Shown here: positions 1 through 6,911 of the stretch, in pieces | Numbering within the stretch: position 1 is the first letter of the stretch | Layout of the letters: every line of letters begins with the position of its first letter | Assembly: GCA_038231275.1 (NCBI GenBank) | Contig: JBBRLQ010000059.1 | Location: 1 to 20,663 of the forward strand | DNA: 20,663 nt | From: Polyangiales bacterium | GTDB lineage: Bacteria; Myxococcota_A; Polyangia; Polyangiales; Polyangiaceae | Direction of reading: 5' to 3' | The notes under the pieces: model-generated | Told to the model about the DNA's origin: nothing | The model's database searches: none | The model's input: the letters and a program-made list of their open reading frames with translations, nothing else | Translations under genes and position numbers: made by a program

Positions 1-311
1 GGCGCGTGGCACCTCCCGAGGTTGCTGCCGAGGACATCCGGAGTATTCTTCTGGGGGTCGCAGGACCCCAGGGAGCCGAGGACGTCGTGAACGCCGCCGA
101 ACAATTGATCGAGCAAGGACGCGAGCAAGGACGCGACGGATTGCGTACCGCCATCGTGCGCGTCCTCGGGGCGCGCTCGTTGCCTCTGAGCGAGGTCGGA
201 TGCGCCCGTCTCGCTTCGTGCTCCGAGTTCGCGACGCTGACGCGGTGGCTCGAACGTGCCGCGACCGCGGCTTCGGAGGCCGAGGTCTTCGCCAGCGAGA
301 GCGCACTCTGA
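1..311 (+). CDS. C-terminal part of Rpn-family (recombination-promoting nuclease / putative transposase)-like protein, probably 5'-truncated by the window
   Basis: AEQLIEQGREQGR..LRTAIVRVLGAR...RLASC....LTRWLERAATAASEAEVF matches the typical EQGREQG repeat plus helical tail of Rpn/DUF4351-like proteins; stop TGA 309-311. Confidence 0.65.
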   Translation, partial: RVAPPEVAAEDIRSILLGVAGPQGAEDVVNAAEQLIEQGREQGRDGLRTAIVRVLGARSLPLSEVGCARLASCSEFATLTRWLERAATAASEAEVFASESAL

Positions 312-428
312 ATCGGGAGCCGAACCGGCCGGCCGGCGGCATCGCTACCGGCTTCACGCCCAGCGTGGAGTAAGGCGACAACCATCGCGAGCTCGTAGGA
401 AGCACAATCGTGCGTTCGACCCCGGGAG

Positions 429-615
429 ATGGCGGTCGCTGCGGGCATCAAGCGGCCCGTGAGCCCGCACTGATTGCGCCACAGCCACGCCTCGCACGCC
501 CTCGACCGCGGCGCCCCCGTCCACCTCGTCCAGGCGACCCTAGGCCACGCCTCTAGCCACCACGTCGCGTCACGCGCGCCCGACCGACTCGAGCGCCTGT
601 TACGTGAGTGCCTAG
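429..615 (+). pseudogene. Tyrosine recombinase (XerC/D / integrase) C-terminal remnant
   Basis: AAGIKRPVSPH*LRHSHASHALDRGAPVHLVQATLGHAS, then after a frameshift near 554 ATTSRHARPTDSSACYV; HxLRH and LGH motifs present; in-frame TGA at 471-473 where W is usual; catalytic Tyr missing; no N-terminal domain. Confidence 0.85.
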
Positions 616-711
616 GGCCCGAGGCGATCCGGCGATCTCGGCATGCTCTTCGAGCGCTTTCCTCGAGCGCACGTCGCACGTCGCGTAGTCGGTAGCGCTT
701 CTCGGGAGCCG

Positions 712-1971
712 CTACGCGCGCATAGAAGAACGGGCGAGCACCACGACGTTGCGCTGCGCCATCGGCGCATACGCTTCGCCTGGATCGAGCACGGGAACGA
801 GTCGTACGTCGTCGAACTCAGCGCGCATCGCGCGCTCCACCTCTTGGAGGATGCCAGCTCCGCCGAGCACCCCGATGACGTTGATCGCGAAGCCTCCGCC
901 CGGGCGAAGCGCGCGACGGACGTCGGCGAAGAACGCGCGACTGGCGAAGGGCGCAGCGAGCTCTCGGCCGTCGAAGGCGTCTACAACGATCGCATCCCAC
1001 GTGGCCGCGGGTGCTTGACGGATAAACGCCGCGCCATCGTCGATGGTGATGGATAGGTTCGGGATGTCCCCCAGGCCGAACCAGCGCCTCGCAAGGTCGA
1101 TCACCAGCGGATCGGACTCGACGAGATCGAGCGCGACGCCCGGACATACGCTCGCCAGTTGTCGAACGCCGACCCCGCCCCCACTGCCGACGCAGAGCAC
1201 CCTGCGCCGCCTTTGCGCGCGCGTCGCGGCGAGGAGAAGCAGGTCGATGTAGAACCATCCCGATCGGTCGGGTTGCAGGATGGAAGCGCGCGACCAGACG
1301 ATCTCGCCGGACGTGTCCTCGAAGACCATCTCCCGATGCCCGCCACGATCACGAACGACAATGGTGCGCTCGCCATCGGAGACGCGCTCGAGAACGCGTT
1401 CCCCACGGATCAAATCGGCGACGCGTGCGATGCCGCGCGAAGCGGACTTGGGCAGCTGGCCGCCTGACCATGTCTGCGCGCGAACGCCGAAGGACGCCCG
1501 CGCAATCGCCAGCCGGGGTAGCAGCCTCTCGACGGCCGCGATGTGATTGTCCGAGAACGCACCCCCGCAGCGACCGAGCATGAGCCCGCCGATGGGGCTT
1601 CCTCGAACGGCGAGGAAGGCGAGCATCGAGTGGCGTCCTCCGATCGGAGCGGCGAAGTCGCGATGGTAGGCGAACTCACGAACCGCTAGCTCACCGAGAA
1701 CGCGCGTGTCCACGGCGACGCCGCGCGCGGCGATGGCAGTGGCCTTCGTCGGCGCGATCTCGCTCTGGTAGTCGATGCGCAGGATCGCTGCGTCGAGCCT
1801 CGCGGCGTCGACGTTGATGGTCGTCGTAGGTGCGCCCTTCGTGGCGAAAAACGCGGCGTCAAAACCAACGGACGACCGAAGCGCTTCGAGCACGACGCGC
1901 TCGAACGTCCCCGCGTCGGGGACCTCTTGTGCCAGTGCGACAGGATCGAAATCGTAGCCAGACACGCTCAC
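712..1971 (-). CDS. Spermidine synthase-like SAM-dependent methyltransferase with N-terminal GAF-like domain
   Basis: VLCVGSGGG motif I, VESDPLVIDLARRWFGL, DDGAAFI, WDAIVVDAFDG, ALRPGGGFAINV; N-terminal half has GAF-like HSMLAFLAVRGSPIGGLMLGR..FSD. Start placed at GTG 1971 (or 1965), not 2160. Confidence 0.75.
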   Translation of the reverse strand: MSVSGYDFDPVALAQEVPDAGTFERVVLEALRSSVGFDAAFFATKGAPTTTINVDAARLDAAILRIDYQSEIAPTKATAIAARGVAVDTRVLGELAVREFAYHRDFAAPIGGRHSMLAFLAVRGSPIGGLMLGRCGGAFSDNHIAAVERLLPRLAIARASFGVRAQTWSGGQLPKSASRGIARVADLIRGERVLERVSDGERTIVVRDRGGHREMVFEDTSGEIVWSRASILQPDRSGWFYIDLLLLAATRAQRRRRVLCVGSGGGVGVRQLASVCPGVALDLVESDPLVIDLARRWFGLGDIPNLSITIDDGAAFIRQAPAATWDAIVVDAFDGRELAAPFASRAFFADVRRALRPGGGFAINVIGVLGGAGILQEVERAMRAEFDDVRLVPVLDPGEAYAPMAQRNVVVLARSSMRA

Positions 1972-2125
1972 GGCACCAAGGGTACGTGGTTCTCGTGAAC
2001 TGTCCGCCGGCGATCCCGTCGTCGCTGCCTCTTCTCCATCCCCGCTCCCGTTGTCTTCGATCAAGCAGCCGGGACGACGACGGCTCGGATGACTGCGTTC
2101 CTTCGCCAGGCGCTCAAGTGGCGCC

Positions 2126-2335
2126 TTAGGACTGCGCCGGGAAGCTCGCTGTAGCCGCACGCATCTCGGTCATGTCATGCACGCAAGCGTCTCGAGCGGG
2201 CGCGTCTGAGCAAACGCCCGCGCCGAATGCGTGGGCGCAGGAATGGCCGGCCTTGAGGATGCACCGCACGAGCGCGCCGTCGGCTAGGCGCCGGAAGGAC
2301 ACACCGCACGGTGGGTCGGCGTCGGCGAAGTTCAC
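2126..2335 (-). CDS. Small Cys/His-rich hypothetical protein
   Basis: 69 aa ORF directly downstream of and co-oriented with the HTH gene; C..(x14)..CILKAGHSCAH resembles a metal-binding knuckle. Confidence 0.35.
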   Translation of the reverse strand: MNFADADPPCGVSFRRLADGALVRCILKAGHSCAHAFGAGVCSDAPARDACVHDMTEMRAATASFPAQS

Positions 2336-2366
2336 GAAATAGCCAAAGGAGTTTGTGAGGTCACTA

Positions 2367-3026
2367 CTACGACGAACGGCGCGTACGCGCGAAATCAGGC
2401 AGCAAGGCCATCAGATCGGCGAAGTGGCGCTCACCGGTCGGCGACGGCTCGCGAGCCGAAGACGCGGGGTGGGTGACGACGCTGCGCGTGATGGCTTCGT
2501 TGCGCTTTCGTTGCTCCTCCTCCCACGCCCGCTGCTCTCTGTCGTGCTGCGCCTGCGCGTGGAGCGCGGCGTCGGCCTGCTCTTGTTGCCATTGGTCCAC
2601 GTCTTGGCCCGCGTAGACCTCGGCGTCCACGACGCCTTCTGACGCGGCCGCCCGCTTCGGGCGCGCGACGGGCGGAGGGCGCTTGTCCTGGTCGAGAAAC
2701 TGCGCGTGGAGCGTGCGCACGACCTCAACGGGCTGGGCGTGTCGGGGATCTTGACCCAGTGCGATCACCACTTCCTGCCAAGTTTTGCCTTGGGCGAAGA
2801 GCGCGAACGCCTTGGCGACGACCGGTCCGGGGGCGACGCCGATGATGCGTCCCTTCGCTTGCGCCATCTCTTCGACTTCCTTGCGCGGAAAGTGAGCGAC
2901 TCCTCGCTCGTCGCACACGAACGGCAAATCCCCCGCCGCTTTCATCCTCCGCACTTTGCTCCGATCGATTCCAAGAAGGCGCTCGACGCCTTTGCTCTTA
3001 AGCCAGAAGGTCTTTGCAAACGACAT
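2367..3026 (-). CDS. Excisionase/MerR-like helix-turn-helix DNA-binding protein
   Basis: N-terminal WLKSKGVERLLGIDRSKVRRMKAAGDLPFVCDERGVAHFPRKEVEEM fits the Xis/HTH_17 pattern; possible second HTH (AFALFAQGKTWQEVVIALG); GGAG upstream of ATG; divergent from the main operon. Confidence 0.7.
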   Translation of the reverse strand: MSFAKTFWLKSKGVERLLGIDRSKVRRMKAAGDLPFVCDERGVAHFPRKEVEEMAQAKGRIIGVAPGPVVAKAFALFAQGKTWQEVVIALGQDPRHAQPVEVVRTLHAQFLDQDKRPPPVARPKRAAASEGVVDAEVYAGQDVDQWQQEQADAALHAQAQHDREQRAWEEEQRKRNEAITRSVVTHPASSAREPSPTGERHFADLMALLPDFARTRRSS

Positions 3027-3150
3027 GTGACTCCGACGGTAAGGAGCGCCCCGCGGTCTAGGACCGACGCGCGTCGCATCAAGTGTTGCTGCTCCTCACC
3101 TAACGCCTGTCGGCCCCTCGCCATGACAGTTGCGTACGATCGGCCGGCCG

Positions 3151-3219
3151 GAAAAGCGGTCGCGGCTCCCTCGAGAATTGCCGAGCCGTTCTTCACGAGG
3201 CGGTCGAAAAGCGGTCGAA
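3151..3219. promoter_or_regulatory. Direct repeats in divergent intergenic region (candidate operator)
   Basis: GAAAAGCGGTCG at 3151-3162 and 3206-3217; GCGGTCGAA at 3200-3208 and 3211-3219. Confidence 0.3.
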
Positions 3220-3346
3220 GGGCGTGCCTCAATCGGCGGGACATGGATTGCGCAGCGCGTTCCGCACGTCCATTACAGGAAGACAACGGAAGCGCGCCGC
3301 ACCGAGCGCGCGCTAGCCCGCCCATCACCCACCAGGAGGCGCTGAC

Positions 3347-3880
3347 ATGGCGTTTACGATGACGAACGTCTCGCACGCACGCGAGATGCTGGAACAGGCT
3401 CACAACAAGGTCGAACGTGCCCAGCTCACCATGGCGAAGATCCGCGAGAAGGCGGAGAGCGCGATCGCGACGGGCATTCAGATCGCCGAGGTGAGCGGCA
3501 CCTCGTTCGCATTCGGGTACGCGAACGGTCGCTGGGGCGAAAACGGCGAGCTGGCGTTCGGCGGCGTCCCTGTGGACCTTGGCGCGGCGGTCGTCCTGCA
3601 TGGCGTCGCCTTCCTTGGCGGCCTCGGCAAGTACGCCGAGCACGGGCACAATCTTGGAACGGGCGCGCTCGCCGCGTGCGGCTACCGCACGGGCGCGCAG
3701 ATTGGAGCCGCCGCCGCGAGCAAGCAGCACGCGCGGGCCCCAGGGCAGTTCGGCGGACAGGCGCCGCCGTGGCTCTTCGCCAACCCGGCGCAGCCGGTGT
3801 TCCCGCACGCGGCCCCGGCGGCGCCGGCGGCCCCGCAGCAACCCTTTGTTCCTCAGAATTTCGCGCCGCCGCAACGCTGA
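3347..3880 (+). CDS. Hypothetical membrane-associated protein, first gene of the putative virion operon
   Basis: AGGAGG RBS; N-terminal coiled coil, Gly-rich hydrophobic helices (VPVDLGAAVVLHGVAFLGGLG), P/A/Q-rich tail. Confidence 0.75.
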   Translation: MAFTMTNVSHAREMLEQAHNKVERAQLTMAKIREKAESAIATGIQIAEVSGTSFAFGYANGRWGENGELAFGGVPVDLGAAVVLHGVAFLGGLGKYAEHGHNLGTGALAACGYRTGAQIGAAAASKQHARAPGQFGGQAPPWLFANPAQPVFPHAAPAAPAAPQQPFVPQNFAPPQR

Positions 3881-3915
3881 CGTGAACGCCCCCCAACCAA
3901 GAAGGACGGACCACC

Positions 3916-4536
3916 ATGGACGGACGACAGATGATCGTGGGCGCGGAGCCTGACTACGACAAGTTGATGGTGGGAGGCGAGCCCTCGCCCCATCCCCACC
4001 AGCCCTACGGGCCTCCTCCCCACCCGTACGGGCCGCCGCCGCAGGCTTACTACCCGCCGCCGCAGCATCACGGGCACCATCCGCAGCACCACCCGCACGC
4101 GCATTACGCGCCTCCGCCTCCGCCGCACTACGCGCCCGCGCATGCGCCCGGCCCTCCGCCTCCGCCTCGGCACATCGTGAGCGAGCCCCTGACGAAGTCG
4201 CGCGACTTTCCTATCGGTTTCTCCGCGTTCGGGATTCCGCCGGGGCCACCGATCGAAATCGAGGTGAAGCCGCAGGTGCTCTTCAAGGGCAAGCGGCTCG
4301 CCGTGGCGAACTCCATCTGCAAGGACTTCGTGATCGTCGACATCAAAGTAGGGACGGCCGCGCAGCTCGCAGCAACCGGAGAGATGAGCGCCGAAGCGTT
4401 CAGCGCGCTCGCGGTCGACACCAAGATGGAGTTCGACACGGCGGCGCCAGGGACGACGATCACGATTCGCGTGCGCAACATCTCGGCCGCGCCCTCGAAC
4501 TTTCTCGCGGTGCTCTACGGCGCCGTCATGACCTGA
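3916..4536 (+). CDS. Candidate single jelly-roll capsid-like protein with Pro/His-rich N-terminal arm
   Basis: AAGGA RBS; IVGAEP/MVGGEP leader, P/H/Y low-complexity arm, then ~110 aa with about eight alternating-hydrophobic beta segments. ORF is secure, the fold is inference. Confidence 0.55.
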   Translation: MDGRQMIVGAEPDYDKLMVGGEPSPHPHQPYGPPPHPYGPPPQAYYPPPQHHGHHPQHHPHAHYAPPPPPHYAPAHAPGPPPPPRHIVSEPLTKSRDFPIGFSAFGIPPGPPIEIEVKPQVLFKGKRLAVANSICKDFVIVDIKVGTAAQLAATGEMSAEAFSALAVDTKMEFDTAAPGTTITIRVRNISAAPSNFLAVLYGAVMT

Positions 4537-4551
4537 AGGAGCCCGCTCCTC

Positions 4552-4953
4552 GTGTACTCGCCGCGCTTTTGCTTGCGATCGTTCGAGACCGCCGCCCGGG
4601 CGGAGCGCGAGAACGTGCTGATGCTCCTCTTCGAGGCGCTCATCGCTACCAACGTCGCGTACTTGCGCGCGCGTCCGCAGACGCCGGGACTCTACGCGAG
4701 CGGCATTCGCTACGTCGAAGAGCCTCCCGGCGAGGAAGACTGGCAAGACATCCCCGAGACGCTCGCCCGCGGAACCGGCGATTGCGAGGACCTTGCGTGC
4801 TGGCGCATCGCCGAGCTCCGCGTGCGCGCCGGAGAGCATGCGCATCCCTTTCTGAAGTGCGCCGCCAGAGACGACGGCGTCCTCTATCACGTCGCCGTTC
4901 GGCGCCTCGACGGCAGTCTCGAAGATCCTTCGCGTGTGCTCGGAATGCACTGA
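4552..4953 (+). CDS. Transglutaminase-like cysteine protease (Cys-His-Asp)
   Basis: AAGGAG RBS, GTG start; EDWQDIPETLARGTGDCEDLA (C78), YHVAV (H113), EDPS (D125) follow the GDCED...H...D order of the transglutaminase-like superfamily. Confidence 0.8.
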   Translation: MYSPRFCLRSFETAARAERENVLMLLFEALIATNVAYLRARPQTPGLYASGIRYVEEPPGEEDWQDIPETLARGTGDCEDLACWRIAELRVRAGEHAHPFLKCAARDDGVLYHVAVRRLDGSLEDPSRVLGMH

Positions 4954-4968
4954 ACCAGGAGAATACCG

Positions 4969-6906
4969 ATGCCCTTTGTGCTGCTTCTCATGGGGGCGGT
5001 GACGTTGGCTCTCGTCGCCTCGAACGGGTCGGCGAAGACGCCGAAGCCCGCCCGCTCTCCGTACAACCTCGATCCCGATCTCAACCCGCTGCTTCGCGCG
5101 CAGATCGAAGCGGCCCTCCACGGTGAGAATGATCCGTCGCATCTCGAAGCCTTCGCGAGCGGGCTCGAGAGCCGTTATCCCTACGCCGCGGGGTACCTGC
5201 GCACGAAGGCCGCCGTCCTTCGTCGCATGGGGACGGGAGCGCCTGCGCCCGCGGCCCTTCCTCCGGCTTCCGTCCCGATGGGTATCCCTCACCCGTCGTC
5301 GCCCGCGGCGGCGCTGCCCGTCGACGGGCTCGACGCGAACCTTCCCGACAACGTCCGCTTCAACGTCGTGGAGCTGCTCACGAGCGGGAGCGATCCGGCC
5401 GTGATCGAGACGTTCGCCGCGCAGCTTGGCAGCTTCCCGCTTGCCCAAGCCGCGCTCCGCATGCGTGCCGCGTTTCTTCGCAGCCTCACGCCGCAACAAC
5501 CCGGGCGGCCAGCCTCGATGGGACTCCCGAGCGTGCCCTCCCCTGCCCCTGCGCCTGCCCCCGCGCCTGGGCCCGCGCCTTCGCTGCGCATCCCCGGCCT
5601 CGATCCGAACATGCCGCCGGAGCTTGCGATGCAAGTGGCGCAAGCGCTCATGACGGAAAACGATCCCAGCAGGCTGCGGGAGTTCGGAAACGCGCTGCAA
5701 GCGTCGTTTCCGTCCGCGGCCACGCTGCTGCTTGCGAAGGCGAACGTGATGCCGGCGCCGCGGGCGCAGCCGAGTCCGGAGCCTGCGCCCAGCGCCCCTC
5801 TGCCTCCCTCCTTGCCCGTTCCGTCCTTCCCCGTGCCTTCGTTCCCCCTCCCCTCGGGACCCGGCCTGCTCGACGCCGGCATGACGCCCGAGGATCAAGC
5901 GCGCATCGTGACGGCCCTCAGCAGCGAGACCGACCCCGACAAGCTCCGTCAACTCGCCCACGCCGTCGCCGCTCGCTACCCGAAAGCCGCACTCCTTCTC
6001 ACCACCAAGGCGGACGCGATCGCGACCCTCCTTCTTGGCCCTCGGCCGCCCGCGATTCCAGCTCCGGCGCCGGCCCCCGCAATCCCCGCAAGCCCGGCGT
6101 TCCCGGTGCCCTTCTCTCCGCCGCTTCCCTCCTCGCTCCCGCCGCCGGCCTCCGGGAAGCGCACGTACAAGGTGCAGAGCGGGGACTTCCCGATCAAGAT
6201 CGCAAAGAAATACGGGCAGCCCGAAAGCGCGTGGAAGGAGCTCGTCGCCGCGAACCCGAACAAGCGGCGGGCGGCCGACGGAAACTTCAAGAGCCTCCTG
6301 CCGGGCGAAGAGCTCGTCATCCCTTCTTCGTGGCCCGATCGCGAGCTCGTCTTGGCCCCGGCCAAGGCGCCGAACCCTCCACCGACTTCGCCCGCGCCGA
6401 CTCCGTCGGCGGCTCCTGCCGGAGCTCTCGTTCCGCCGGGCGCCGCGGCTCTCGACCCAGGCATGCCCGCCAACGTCGCGCAGGCGGTGCTGACGGCACT
6501 CGCGACCGAAAGCGATCCAGCCACGCTTCGAGGCTTCGCCGCCTCCATCATGGCGACGTATCCGATCGCAGCAGGCGTTCTCCTCGCCAAAGCCAATGCC
6601 GTCGGCATCCTGGTGGTGGCGGCGCCTGGCGCCGCGTCGAAGCCCGCAGCGCCGCCGCGCGGCGCGCCGACGAGCGGCGGATCCACCTACCGCGTCGTGG
6701 CGGGGGACTCGCCGAGCCGCATCGCCAAGCGGCTCACCGGCACGGAGTCCCGATGGCCCGAGCTCGTCGCCGCCAACCCGCAAAAACCCAAAGCGCCCAA
6801 CGGCAACTTCAAAAGTCTGCAACCCGGCGACGTCCTCCAGCTCCCGCCGTCCTGGAGCACCGCCACCACCCCTACCAACGGAGCGCCCACCGCGGCGCGC
6901 GCGTGA
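4969..6906 (+). CDS. Membrane-anchored protein with five ~50-aa helical repeats and two LysM domains
   Basis: AGGAG RBS; hydrophobic N-terminus; five LDxx(M/L)...ExDP..L..FA......YP.AA..L..KA repeats with Pro-rich linkers; LysM-like TYKVQSGD...IAKKY...ELVAANP...LLPGEELVIP and TYRVVAGDS..RIAKR...ELVAANP...LQPGDVLQLP. Confidence 0.85.
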   Translation: MPFVLLLMGAVTLALVASNGSAKTPKPARSPYNLDPDLNPLLRAQIEAALHGENDPSHLEAFASGLESRYPYAAGYLRTKAAVLRRMGTGAPAPAALPPASVPMGIPHPSSPAAALPVDGLDANLPDNVRFNVVELLTSGSDPAVIETFAAQLGSFPLAQAALRMRAAFLRSLTPQQPGRPASMGLPSVPSPAPAPAPAPGPAPSLRIPGLDPNMPPELAMQVAQALMTENDPSRLREFGNALQASFPSAATLLLAKANVMPAPRAQPSPEPAPSAPLPPSLPVPSFPVPSFPLPSGPGLLDAGMTPEDQARIVTALSSETDPDKLRQLAHAVAARYPKAALLLTTKADAIATLLLGPRPPAIPAPAPAPAIPASPAFPVPFSPPLPSSLPPPASGKRTYKVQSGDFPIKIAKKYGQPESAWKELVAANPNKRRAADGNFKSLLPGEELVIPSSWPDRELVLAPAKAPNPPPTSPAPTPSAAPAGALVPPGAAALDPGMPANVAQAVLTALATESDPATLRGFAASIMATYPIAAGVLLAKANAVGILVVAAPGAASKPAAPPRGAPTSGGSTYRVVAGDSPSRIAKRLTGTESRWPELVAANPQKPKAPNGNFKSLQPGDVLQLPPSWSTATTPTNGAPTAARA

Positions 6907-6911
6907 CCCTC

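Noticed and set aside
3853..6822. 989-aa minus-strand ORF (also 7011-8720, 10841-12052, 13983-14900 and similar)
   Set aside because: Arg/Gly-rich antisense shadows of well-supported + strand genes in high-GC DNA; no motifs
6231..6911. N-terminal extensions in the ORF track (6231, 8393, 10368, 10397, 11982, 19151 starts)
   Set aside because: They overlap upstream genes in other frames; coupled internal starts at 6912, 9125, 10650, 11054, 12228 and 19643 fit better
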